Counted from the first letter of the stretch, positions 1-11,796 are shown. The stretch is 64,000 nucleotides of DNA from Nemertoderma westbladi (GCA_032718475.1 JAUCBJ010007504.1:21107-85106), one strand, 5' to 3'. Notes: generated from the letters alone by a model not told the origin. Numbers and translations are program-made.

Positions 1-1200
1 GGTAAGAGTGTGTGGGGCCTCGAGTGTTTGGGGGAAGGAATAGAAATAAAAGCATTTAACGGGAAATACGTTCAATTCAACCGTTGGGGTGATACCAAAG
101 GACGCAACGTCGTACAAGAATCGGTAAGTCTTACTTACCAGAACATAAGATTCCTGTTTGACTTCCTCAATTATAATAAAATAGCCATTGAATATTACAA
201 GGAATACACCCGAGGCAATTTGCTTATAACACCGATAAATCATGCGTACTTACGCATTGGGAAAAACGGCGCATCAATTTTTATCTCGCGAAAAATTCTA
301 GATTACTTACAAAGCTTCTACGGCAAAGTCGTTCTTTCCCGTATTGAACCAAAAAAGAAGGAAATTCATGATGAGAATTTTATGGAGTTCGAAGATTGTG
401 GGTACATTGGATATATCTACGACTTTGAAGGGCAACGATTTGTCGGCGTTTGGGAAGCGGATGATATAGGTAGACAGCGAAAGGGTGTTATATATTACGA
501 TGGGTTGAATCTCAGAGCGGATGAATTCTGTTTGCTCGACTTTAACATAGATAAGAATGTTAACGAGAATATCGATGAGGTTAGTATGAGGTACACATCA
601 ACCGTTAACAAAAACGGGATATATTTGTCTCACAACTTCGACACCAAGGTTATTTTCATCCCACGAAACAACGCAAATGTCGCGATAATTAAGCAATTAC
701 AGAAGTACGCGGACCACGATATTCCGTCTGGGTGTGAGTTTCTACCGATTAAAAAGTTAGTTGTTGAGGCTGCGATTGATGAATTAACGGACGAGGAACT
801 AATGAAAGTGGAAATGCCGAACAATGCTACTCAGCTGAAGACGTCCGAAGCAGTAAAAGTCGCTGCTAAGAAAATGGATGAGAAAAAAATCTGGTTGCCC
901 GCGATTCCGGAAAATGAACAGGTAGACAGCACTGAAAAAAAGAATGATTATAAGGATATTGATACCCTCGTTGGGGGTGTGAGCGCTCAGATGAAGATGA
1001 AAACACCTAAAGCCATGAAAGAACAAGCGCTTAAGCGAAAAATTGATCTCATCGTGAATAAAACACCTAGCTATGAGTATGAAGATATCAGCGACTTTGA
1101 AGAGGACATCGTCAATGATACGGATGATGGTGAAGACATTTTCAATGAAATCGAGACTAATGGGCAACCTCAAATAAAGAAGAATAAACATTCAGTGTGA
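1..1200 (+). CDS. Protein with two PC4/Sub1-like motifs and acidic tail, 5' end outside window
   Basis: Frame open from base 1; EIKAFNGKYVQFNRW...ESVSLTYQNIRFL and YIYDFEGQRFVGVWE...DGLNLRADEFCLL resemble the PC4 pattern F.GK..V.IR......GI.L...Q; acidic C-terminus. Confidence 0.5.
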   Translation, partial: GKSVWGLECLGEGIEIKAFNGKYVQFNRWGDTKGRNVVQESVSLTYQNIRFLFDFLNYNKIAIEYYKEYTRGNLLITPINHAYLRIGKNGASIFISRKILDYLQSFYGKVVLSRIEPKKKEIHDENFMEFEDCGYIGYIYDFEGQRFVGVWEADDIGRQRKGVIYYDGLNLRADEFCLLDFNIDKNVNENIDEVSMRYTSTVNKNGIYLSHNFDTKVIFIPRNNANVAIIKQLQKYADHDIPSGCEFLPIKKLVVEAAIDELTDEELMKVEMPNNATQLKTSEAVKVAAKKMDEKKIWLPAIPENEQVDSTEKKNDYKDIDTLVGGVSAQMKMKTPKAMKEQALKRKIDLIVNKTPSYEYEDISDFEEDIVNDTDDGEDIFNEIETNGQPQIKKNKHSV

Positions 1201-1392
1201 ATCTTCGAGCGGTAGAAACTTTATTATATAAATAGACCATGTTTCTGGTTGGTGTCATGGTAACGGTTAAATTATTATCTGTGGGTTTAATGAATTATCG
1301 ATTGAAATAAAAATGTTATATAGATTTAGTTATTTATTTATTATACACGCATTTACCGGTATTTATTATTATTATTATTATACATATTATAC

Positions 1393-1833
1393 ATGGATGT
1401 GGTTAGAGAAGATGAGATTGTGGTGGATGAGATTGTAGAGGATGATGAGAGTATCGAGGATGATGAGATTGTGGAGGATGGAGATGATAATGAGAACGAA
1501 ATGATACTGGTAGCAATGTATTTGACAGAAAAAGATGAAGCGCGAGTGCAGAGATTGTTAGAGCCTAGGAATGCGTGGGAGGTGATAGAAAAAAAGTATT
1601 ATATGGAGGAAGAGGCGAAGAAAAACAAGAGTGTGTGGGGGGAAGATTGGGAGTTGGAGATGGCGGCTGAGGGGGATAGGAGAGCAAAGGAGGCTGAGAG
1701 GTGCGCGCGGGAGAAGGCAATGGAAGAAAGGATTGAAATGTTGATGGGAATGTTAGAGATGTTAGGCGGTGGCGGAGGTAATGGCAATAATGTGGTGGAT
1801 GTAGATAGCGAGGATAGCGGGATAAATGGGTGA
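1393..1833 (+). CDS. Small highly acidic hypothetical protein (146 aa)
   Basis: ATG-initiated D/E-rich ORF flanked by AT-rich spacers; no recognisable domain. Confidence 0.45.
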   Translation: MDVVREDEIVVDEIVEDDESIEDDEIVEDGDDNENEMILVAMYLTEKDEARVQRLLEPRNAWEVIEKKYYMEEEAKKNKSVWGEDWELEMAAEGDRRAKEAERCAREKAMEERIEMLMGMLEMLGGGGGNGNNVVDVDSEDSGING

Positions 1834-2559
1834 GGTGGTGGAAGAAATTTTAAAATAGTAATGGTGATGGATTTAAGTATAATAATCAAATTTGTCGGTA
1901 TAATGATAATATTATAAATACAATAACCTTACTTCGCCGTAGCTCGCCCCACAACTCATTAATGGCGCCCATATGCTAAGGCTTCACTCGCTTCATGGCT
2001 CGCCCCATTTTTTCAATGTTGGAAAGGAATGAAGGGGACGTCGGGTGATGGCGGTAGTGGTAATGATGTTGTGGGTGAGGAAGAACTCACTTCACGGCTC
2101 GCCCCCATAAGTCTGTGTTTATTTACCTTTTTTAGTTGTTGCGTCATAACCTTACTTCGGCGCTATCACTCACACTTCGACGCTATCACTCACTTCATGG
2201 CTCGCCCCATAGGTAGAATAATCAAATCATGTTAAAGACTTTTATAATAACAAACGTCTGCAACCCACTTACTATATTGGGTTTTACCTATTGCGGTTCA
2301 AGGTCAAACGCCGACCGGTAGACACGAATTAATTAAATTACTTCCGCCTGCAAACTGGCCTTATACCGCGTATGTCACATATATACACAGCGGTGACATA
2401 TGTTACATATGCACAATGGTAACCATGGTAACCATAGTAAGTGGGTGGGGCAACAATAGTAATCATAGTAAGTAGGCGGGGCAAGAGCCGTTCGGCAAAT
2501 TCTTTAACATGGTAGACTATGGCAGACGCTGTCTCAATCACGTTGTTTAGCCTACTACT

Positions 2560-5338
2560 ACCGGCATATAAGATGGTAGTAAAAAACATGGGGGCCAAGT
2601 CGTCTTCATTTGCGATGACTATGGTAGTGAGAGACACAGTTAAGGGAAAAGAAGATAGATACAGCACTAGGGCCGTCGATATGATTCGACGTGGTTTCTA
2701 CATAGACGACGGAATGGGGTCTGGAAATACGGTTAAGGAGATACTGGACACAGGGCGCGAGGTTCGCGACATCCTAAAAGGATCCGTCTTTAATCTGACC
2801 AAATTCCAATCCAGTTCGGAAGAATTTATCAAGGCAATAGAAGACAAGAGGCCAGAATCGACCATGGATAATCCAACAACAGTCAAAGGGCAGGACATGG
2901 CGAATAAGAGAACACAATCTCAACAGAAGGCATTGGGAATCGTGTGGGATAGAGAGACAGACAAATTGAAGTATCAGCTGAGCCAGGAGGGCGCAGACAC
3001 CCATACAAAGAGGGGCTATGTATCGTATATAGCAAGGATATACGATCCCCTAGGCCTAGCATCCCCATTATTAGTCACGGGGAAACAGATACTCAAGAGA
3101 GTATACAAATTGAAGGATGAGTGGGACGTAGAGGTACCAGAGGAAATCAAGAAACAGTGGAACAAGTGGACAGGAGACTTGGAGAAGATGGAAACATACG
3201 ACATGCCACGTGTGTATTTCCCGGATGGGAACATGACGAATCTGGACTTACACATGTTCTCCGATGCGTCGCTGGAGGCGTACGGAGCGGCACTCTACTT
3301 AGTACAACGAGAGGTGGCTCAAAAGCCCAGACTAGCCTTTAGCAAAGCAAAGTCGATGCCGCCAGATTCAGCATCTGTTCCCAAGTTGGAATTAACAGCT
3401 GCGAGACTAGGAGTTAGAGCCACAGCCTACCTAGTGGATACTATTCCCAACATAGTGGAGACACACTACTGAACGGACTCCATGGTAGTGCTTGGTTGGC
3501 TACATAACGAAAGGACAAGATACCCGATATTCGTCGCGAATAGAGTGGACGAAATAAGAGCGACCACAGAACTGGAAAGGTGGCACTACTGCCCAACAGA
3601 CAAGAACCCAGCGGACTTGCTGTCGAGGGGCGTGGAACGCCACTCTTTCTTGAAGAAGGAAGTATTGTGGCAACATGGGCCACAATTTCTGAGCGATAAG
3701 GAGGCCTGGCCGCCGATGAGAAAGGTGGAGCCGGGCTCAGAAGTAGTGTCAGAGGGAGAAGAAGGAGATTCAGAGGGAGAAGAGATATACTCCCAGATGG
3801 TGAGGGAGATTAGGGACGTGCAACCAAAATGAGAACTGTGCGATAACCCGACGGATAAACTCCTCAGCTACAGTTCTAGTTGGTATAAGACCACGAAACT
3901 AGTGGCGTACTGGAGAGCTTTCGGGGATTTCCTCGCGGGAGTTGGCAAGGACAAGAAGATCAGGACAACCATAGATCTGGAAGGAGCGGCCAAGGCAGTG
4001 ATCCGCTATGAACAACGGAAGAACTACGGCGACGAGGTGGAACGCGTCGGTAACCAACAGCACCTCCGACGGGACAGCGAGCTGATTACGCTGTCGCCAC
4101 AACTCAATGACGATGGGATTCTAGTAATGAATTCTAGGGTGGGATATAACAACAGCATAGTCGTACCACCGAAACCCATCATCATTCCCACAGGATCGCC
4201 AATAGTCCACCAGATTATCTGGGACTCCCACAAATCAATTTTGCATGGGGGCACCAACCAAACCCTCACAGAGATAAGGAGGACCTATTGGGTCAAACAA
4301 CTGAGAAAGAAGGTAAAAGCGGTAGTGGGGCAGTGCCAGACCTGCCGACGAGCGAAGAAGGAGCGAGCCGTACAGGAGATGGCACCACTACCAGCGAGTA
4401 GGGTAAGACAGCACGACCCGCCATTTACGCATTGCGGTGTGGACATGTTCGGGCCGATAAAGATCAAAGTGATGCGACACACGGAGAAACGCTACGGCAT
4501 TATCTTCGTATGCAACAACACACGGGCAGTGGGGATAGAACTCGCCCAAGATGCAACCGCATCAGCATTCATTAATGCCTTAGAAAGGTTTAGAGACCGC
4601 AAAGGTGGGACGATCGCAGTGATATACAGCAACAACGGCACCAACTTTGTGGGCGCAGAGAGTGAGATGGCGGAGGCCTTGGACATCTTGGAAGGGGAGG
4701 AAGTCAGGGCGGCCATGAGACGACGACAGGTGAAGTGGGAGAGAAGGACGCCGTATGCACCACATACACTAGGATGCGTCGAGAGACTGGTGGGCAGTTC
4801 AAAGCGTCTAATGACGAAGTTAATGAACACCCACATGGTCACGGAGGACATCTTGAGGACAGTGCTTGCAAAGTGTGAGGGCATCATTAATAGTAGACCG
4901 CTATATCCGGAGAATGATGACCCTGAGTCACTAGACGTGCTGATGCCTAGCCACTTTCTGATGGAAAGGCCAGCAACCATCGATATGCAGGGTGTAAACC
5001 CAGATGACATACACTCTCGCCAGAGTTGGAAAGTCGCTAAAGCAATAAACGCAGAGTATTGGAGGAGGTGGGTCGAGGAATACCTACCCACGCTCCATAA
5101 AAGGAGTAAGTGGAGGAAACAAAATAGGGAGTTAAGAGAGGGAGATCTCGTAATCGTTACGGATGATACTATCATCAACAACCAGTGGCGGTTGGCGAGA
5201 GTTGTAGGCACCTACTCCGACGAGGACGGAAGAGTCCGATCGGTAGAAGTGCGGATAGGTGGCAAGATAGGTGCGAAGGACAGAAAAACCTACAGGAGAG
5301 CTGTGGGAAAATGCTGTCTGTTAGAAGGGGCACCTTAG
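2560..5338 (+). pseudogene. pol: BEL/Pao pol (RT C-part, RNase H, integrase) with two in-frame stops
   Basis: FYIDDG, YDPLG, MFSDAS, VPKLEL, HY*TDS, NPADLLSRG, integrase H..HGG..CQTC, CGVDMFGP, VERL, INSRPL, YWRRW.EEYL; three ORF-track pieces share one frame with TGA at 3470 and 3830; SDNG is SNNG. Confidence 0.92.
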
Positions 5339-5489
5339 TAGAGTTAGAGAAAAGTTTAGTCGTCCAAGTTTTGGACTGAGGGGGGTGGGATTGAGGGCGA
5401 GACGCCCTTCCCACACAAATAAAATAAAATAAAATAAAAATAATAGTACGTAGTAGGTACGCAGTTAATAGGCAGAAGGTAGAAGTTGT

Positions 5490-6030
5490 TAGAAGGTACG
5501 TAGTACCTAGAGTTAGTTAATTAGTTAGGAGGTACGTAGTACCGTTAGGTTAGAAGAGTTAGAGGGTACGTAAGTACTGATAGTTAGTTAGAGTTAGAGT
5601 TAGAGGGTACGTAAGTACTGATAGTTAGTTAGAGTTAGAGTTAGAGGGTACATAAGTACCGCTAGTTAGTTAGAGTTAGAGTTAGAGGGTACGTAAGTAC
5701 CGCTAGTTAGTTAGAGTTAGAGTTAGAGGGTACGTAAGTACCGCTAGTTAGTTAGAGTTAGAGGGTACGTAAGTACCGCAAGTTAGTTAGAGTTAGAGTT
5801 AGAGGGTACGTAGTACCGTTAGTTAGAGAAGAGTTAGAGTTAGAGGGTACGTAGTACCGTTAGTTAGAGAAGAGTTAGAGTTAGAGGGTACGTAGTACCG
5901 TTAGTTAGAGGAGAGTTAGAGGGTACGTAAGTACCGCTAGTTAGTTAGAGGAGAGTTAGAGGGTACGTAAGTACCGCTAGTTAGTTAGAGAAGAGTTAGA
6001 TGGTACGTAGTACCGTTAGTTAGAGAGAGA
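5490..6030 (+). repeat. ~35-41 bp tandem repeat (GTTAGA)n-GGGTACGTAAGTACC, about 14 units, between pol and accessory ORF
   Basis: Directly visible repeated units. Confidence 0.9.
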
Positions 6031-6524
6031 GAGAGTAGGAGGTAGAAGGGTATATAAGATATATATATTAGTTAGCAGTAAGTAGCGTTAGTAGCGAGAG
6101 GGGGGCATATGAGTACAGCTGGATAAATCTTGTGGCCACACGACGCATACTGCTGTACTACATAGGCCCACAGAGTAGGCCAGAATGTGGATTAGAGAAT
6201 AGAATAATCCATAGGCAACAGTAAGTAGTAGGACAGTAGGATTGAAATCAAAATAGATAAATAAATAGAATGGAGCTGAAAGTTACAAAATAACGGCAAC
6301 ACAAGGAAAGTTGTTCTAGAACATAATAAAAGTAACGGACGGAAATTGTAAATTAGGCTCATTTACTAGCTTCAAGATTAATTAGCAATAAATTTAGGTT
6401 AAAAGGCGCAGTTAAGTAGAAATAGGCCATTATCGAACCGTACAGAACATCCTAGATACATCACTCATCTGTATTGCGCCTTAGTAAGGCACCACCTTGC
6501 AGGTGAGCGAGTGTAGTGTTTGGA

Positions 6525-9071
6525 ATGGCGAGCAAGCTGATCAGAAAGAGGAAAGCGGAGTCAGGAGGAAAGGAGATACTGGTGGATTTCACCGAGAGGC
6601 ATCCGGAAGAGAAGACGAAAGGATACTACGAGAGGTTGGAAAGGGGTCACGCGGCACGAGCGCTGCAGGATCACTTCCGGGAGATGCACAAACAGCGGCT
6701 GGTCGGGACCTACGGGATGCCGTCGCTGGACAACGCGATCTCCCGACACTTCCACTACGTAGTGAAAGGGGACGAGGCGAAGTTCGGGATTCCGAAATAC
6801 CCGAGGGAATCACCGAGGAAGGACTGGAAGAGATTCATAGAGTCCGTCAATAGGGGAGGATATATGATCCTAGATGACGAGGGAACCGTGGAAGACGAGG
6901 AGGGTTCGAGACGAGGATCGGCGGGGTCGGCCAGGACCATACTCCTACATTTGGCCGCGCCAAATGGGGACATCTTCTTATTCGATCTAGGAACGTATGG
7001 GAAGAAGGACGGCCCGAAATTAAACCGATTGCCGAAAGCGGTACAAGTCTTGGTAAGAGAGAAGTCGACGACGAAAGTAGGATCGGCGATTCGCGAGGAT
7101 GCGGAGAGAATCATCGGTCCGGACGCCACCAACCTCCTGGATATGCAAAAGGTCTTTATGGCTATGATGGCACCGGATGGGTTGGGGGTAGTCGGAAACA
7201 CAGGCCAATGCGGGGCGGTGGCTATGGGCCAACTATTGGGGCTCGTGTGTCACAAACCGATGGACTGGGGGAAGTTCAGGGAAGAATACGGAGCAGAACT
7301 AGCAAACTCGCTAAAGTGGAGAGCGAGACCGGGAAAACAAGAGGTATATCAATTCCGCAGAGGAGCGATAAAGGTATATCAGAAGCGATATATCCTTCAG
7401 GAGGATTGGATGATGATAAGTTTGCTCAACTTATTCATGACCGTGGTTATCGAGAGGGAACCAGCGGCATTTCTATTATCGGGATCACCCCTAAGCTACA
7501 GGAGAGCCTTTAAAGTGGCCTTCGACGGTCTGGTAGACCACCTGGGGCTGAAGGGCGAGTCGGTGTACTACGACAGCCGACATCTAGTAGACGGGGAGAT
7601 AGATACGCCGTATCAGAGATGGGAGCAGTTAGAGACGGATAGACGAGAAACAAAGCGACTGGAAGAAGTCGCTAGACGAGAGAGGATAGAAGCAGAGGAG
7701 AGGGAAGAGGAGGCCAGGACACAGAGTTACGGCTTCAAGGAACAGGCAGGCTTAGACGAGCTTCGTTGGACTTCATCGGGGAGTTCGGGTGAGTCTCTAG
7801 GGCGAGAACTGGGATGGACGGTGGGTTCACCGAAACAGTCGACGTCGGGGTTGCAAGCGATGCCCATACCAGGGGGCGCCGAGGGCGACCAACCACTAAG
7901 AAAGTTAGGGGAGCTAGAGGGATGGAGAGCCACGGGCGAGAGCCAAGGCGGGAAAGGACATAGTGGATCCATCGGGATACTGGGGTTGGAACCACTGTGA
8001 GAGGAGGATGAGGACGACGACGAGTTCGGGGAGATGCCGCCCATCGAGAGGATAGGCCACTCGGACACGGACTGGGTTGGCGGGAGGGTGGTGACGACCA
8101 GTGGGGCGAGAGCCTTCTGGGAAAAACCCGGCAAGCGGGCCTGGGTGCATGAGGAGCCGGTGATGGATTTCGCGGGGAGCACTATCAGGTTGGGCGAGCA
8201 ACCGGGGACGGCACCACGGGTAGTATTCGGAGAGACGATGCCCGGGAGGGGCGAGGAGATCGACGTAAACAGGGACGCTAAAGTCCAGAAGTTTGCCTAT
8301 CAGCGACTCCACAGACCGCGGAGATTGCTTGGGACAAAAGACGACGTGGGGCGGGAGACCTTGGTACTCGGTTGCGACTACTGTGGGAGACAGACCCACC
8401 AGGAAAGGAGCTGCTTGTACCGGTTCCAAAAGGGAACCTTTTGTCTCTACTGCCGAGAGTCGAGCCACAGGATGGGGGCGTGTCCACGGTTGCATAACCG
8501 ATGTCCAAAGTGCAACTTTCAGGGACACTTCGGACGCCAGTGCGACTGGATGGACGACGAAGAGAAGTTCAGGATCTTCGAGGAATGGGCCGACGTCGGG
8601 GCGAGGACCCGGCAACGCATGAAGGCCCAGGAGTTCAAGTGGGGCTTTTTCCTTATCAATCAGGAGGCTCACATGGAAATCATAAAGTGGAGGCTACCGT
8701 TTACCTATCAAGAGGTAGCAACGGCGGCGTCGTATGCCGGAGTGATGAACACACAAAGATACTTGGACAGATGGAGCCCACAGAATCGAGGGGAGTTTAG
8801 GGATTTCTTGGCGGAGCACGTGAAACGAGCAATGAAGATGATCCTATGGGACGCCACAAGGGGGAGACAACAGGGCCACTCGGAGGGGCCACCGGCGAAG
8901 CGGTATCGGGCACTAATAACACCAGCGCCCAAGGAGCCAACAACCGGAATCAGCAGGGAGGTGGCGGCGAAAGTCCGAAAGCAGAAAGCGGATCCCAGAG
9001 GGGCGGTGGTAACCAAGAAACGACCCAGGGAAGAGGACGCCAGGGGGAACTATCCCCAGAGGAACAGATAG
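6525..9071 (+). pseudogene. Accessory ORF: DEDDy/RNase D-like 3'-5' exonuclease plus three CCHC zinc knuckles, one in-frame TGA at 7998
   Basis: ILDDEG, LLHLAAPNGDIFLFDL, LPKAVQVLV...KVGSAIRED, LLDMQ, QKRYILQED; CDYC..H..C, CLYC..H..C, CPKC..H..C; ORFs 6516-8000 and 8034-9071 are in the same frame. Confidence 0.75.
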
Positions 9072-9769
9072 GCTTACAGAGCCGAGGGAGAGAAATTGGG
9101 ACTTGGACGTGGTACGCCTGGAAGGCGCCGCGTGGGACGTACGAACTATTAAGTACAAATTTAATTAATGCAAATAATCATAATAAGTGCAATTTGTATG
9201 TACGTACGTAGTAATTAGCAGTAAAATACATACGTTCGGAGTAAGTACTATAGTCATACAACCTTTCTCAATTAGCTACTGGGACTGGGGGGATAACTGA
9301 CTATAGCACTATGGACGAGACACCAGACGATTTCACACTTCTTGAGTGCGACGGCACAAAAGGGGGGGGAGATTTGTCAGAAGGGGTGAGGAAGTCGAAG
9401 TGGGGTTGAGGGACGGAGTAATGGTGCAAAGTGCGGAGAGAGTGCGGACGCAATTCTAGTGTGGGGGGGGGGGAATGAGAGTTTGAGTGAAGGACGAGGA
9501 GGTCCGAGGGTATGTGAGAGTTGGAGTGAGAGTGGAAGAGAGATAGGGCGAAAGTGTTGGGGAAACAAAAGTTGCGCGAGAGGTAAGCGCAATCGGCCCG
9601 ACATGAGACACCAGGCATTAGGGTAGCGTTATCATACCCATAGGGAGCGGCCTGGACAGCCGACTCCGTGAGAAAAGATTTCCACCCCACACCCGATACT
9701 AGATCGGGATCCCGCGGGATTGCAGCGCACTTTTTGGTTGATGCTATCTTCTTACCGGGAAGATAGCAT

Positions 9770-9778
9770 GGGGGGGAG
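9770..9778 (+). promoter_or_regulatory. Polypurine tract of BEL/Pao element
   Basis: GGGGGGGAG immediately before TGTTAG. Confidence 0.75.
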
Positions 9779-10360
9779 TGTTAGCTTATTCAATCCCGCT
9801 AACACCCTATAAATGTTAAGCCGATAAGCAATATTGGGGGCCACGAGATTGGGGTAATAACCAACTCGTGTCACCCCAACAAAATGGGAAGGTGAACAAC
9901 ACAACAAGGGTCAGGGGCCAAACCCCTAACCCAGAGAGAACAGGTGGAGTGAAGGGGATCACTCCAAGGGCGCCAACAAGGGTATCAACCAATCAGAGGG
10001 GGGGAAGCATCGATTGAGTAGCAATAAGGCCACCGTGCAATATAACCAGTAACCTGTAATCATATCACTTCAGTTATCTATTGGTGCTAGTTAGGTTAGT
10101 TAGTTTAGCTAGGGAAGGACCGGGACTTTAGTTACCGTATCCCGCCTTCTGCATACAACAACGTTATCTCAATTACACCTATATCTATATACCCTATATA
10201 TCTATATCAGTCATTATATACAACGAACGACACGGATTCCCTTTTCTACCTTTCATACACACGGTGGGGACGAGTGAACTAAACAACAGATAAATCGGGA
10301 TCCTTCCTGGATCCCGTCACAGAAAACAAATCCAGAACAATTAAAATACATTTTACAACA
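9779..10360 (+). repeat. Putative 3' LTR of BEL/Pao element
   Basis: Starts TGTT after PPT; candidate AACA ends at 10339, 10360, 10367; no partner LTR in window to fix the end. Confidence 0.6.
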
Positions 10361-10932
10361 CTTAACATTATATAAGTATAATATATAATTATGGGAAAGG
10401 GTAGCAGCCAATAGCATAGCTAGTCGAGGGCTGCTACCGGTGGGAGGGTTTGGGGGATGGGGGGGGGGGGGGGGGGGGTGGGGTGGGGAGTGTGAGTGGG
10501 GTTTGGACTGTGACTTTACAATTTTGAACTTAACTTAAATTTTGTGGTCGTTTTTTTTTCAGTTAGCAGAAAATATCTAGATTCTTGTAGTCTACACATC
10601 ACCTGGCATAAACTAATCGGACGCACACACACAGTCGCACAGAGCTACAACAGGAATTAACAATTATTTAAAATTATAATGTTAGACCTGTTGTTTCCTT
10701 GTCCTGTTGTTTGAACGTACTACATATGTATTCTAGAATACACTATTTTATGAATTGTGCTAAAGTCAAGCAATGGAAAAAACGTGGCAAAAACGCGGTG
10801 AAAACGTGGAAAAAAAGCGGCCAAAAATAAGGCAACCAAAATGGTCCTTAACGAAATAGGAAATGTCAGAGAACAACTGTTATTCTCATCCTAAACCAAT
10901 TATTCAAACCATTATTGGAATCCTGAAATAAT

Positions 10933-11796
10933 TAGGGTGGTGGGCTTTTCACTTTTTTTCGATTTCATTGTTCTACCGGTGCACAAAAGTTGATAAATGG
11001 TAAAAAAGTAAGGCAAAAAAAATTATTTAAATTTCGTCTATATCTTCACGGATCCCAAGAGGGTTAAATTTTGAGCCGTCGCGATGCACCATAATGAGAT
11101 ATATAACAATATAACACATTGATAAAAGATCAATGACTCAAAGAAAGAACTTCCTGCATGCATCAAATGTGATCAAATGGGTCCAAACTTAGTTAGATAG
11201 TTGGGACTAAGGGAAGTAGTGCCACAGGCACATAGCCAGAACCTACCCTTTGGCACAAGTGACTCTTATTCTCAATTTTGGTGATGGACAACTTTTAGGC
11301 TATAAAAAGGCTGTAATGTAGACTTGTGTCTGACTTCACTTTTTCTGCGATATCTCAAGAACTATTCGCTCTACGTTTGTTTTGAAGGTGTCTACCCCCA
11401 CTAAGTCGGTCATTGCGGTTATAATGTGCATAATATTAATGCCGTAGGAGAACTCAAAGTTGGCCATCGCGAAAATTGAGAATAATCTAGTGGCACTAGT
11501 TCCATTGATCCAAAAAATTAAATTTTGGTATCTAACTAGGTTTGGACCAATTTGAAGACATTTGATGCAGGGAAGAAGTTCCTTCTTGAGTCTTTGATCT
11601 TTCATCAATGTGTTATATTGTTATATATCTCATTATGGTGCATCGCGACGGCTCAAAATGTCAACCCTCTTGGGATCTGTGAAGATATAGAGGAAATTTA
11701 AAGAAATTTTTTTTGCTTTATTTTTTTACCATTTGGCAACTTTTGTGCACCGGTAGAACAATGAAATCGAAAAAAAGTAAAAAACGAACCACCCTA
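10933..11796. mobile_element. Non-autonomous hAT-like foldback element with ~265-bp inverted repeats
   Basis: TAGGGTGGT...ACCACCCTA termini; 10933-11200 is the imperfect reverse complement of 11530-11796; 8-bp flanks GAAATAAT/GAAATCAT. Confidence 0.85.

Larger units (their letters stand above)
1..2559. mobile_element. Probable right end of a Polinton/Maverick-like element inserted into BEL/Pao RT
   Basis: Compact intronless ORFs, then non-coding DNA ending ...GCCTACTACT at 2559 (reverse complement AGTAGTAG, a typical Polinton terminus); BEL RT coding sequence starts abruptly right after. No polymerase, integrase or capsid gene and no second terminus in the window. Confidence 0.5.
2560..10360 (+). 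mobile_element. BEL/Pao LTR retrotransposon, 3' part (pol, accessory ORF, PPT, 3' LTR)
   Basis: BEL-type pol motifs, extra ORF, purine tract GGGGGGGAG followed by TGTT at 9779; 3' end approximate. Confidence 0.85.

Noticed and set aside
5490-6030. Interstitial telomere
   Set aside because: TTAGAG units are embedded in a longer repeat inside a retroelement, not a pure telomeric tract.
6516-9071. env-like gene
   Set aside because: No signal peptide, furin site or C-terminal transmembrane segment; motifs fit exonuclease and knuckles.
10441-10500. Poly-G tracts (also near 29355, 29705, 31467, 56250) as functional G-quadruplexes
   Set aside because: Common homopolymers with no supporting context.
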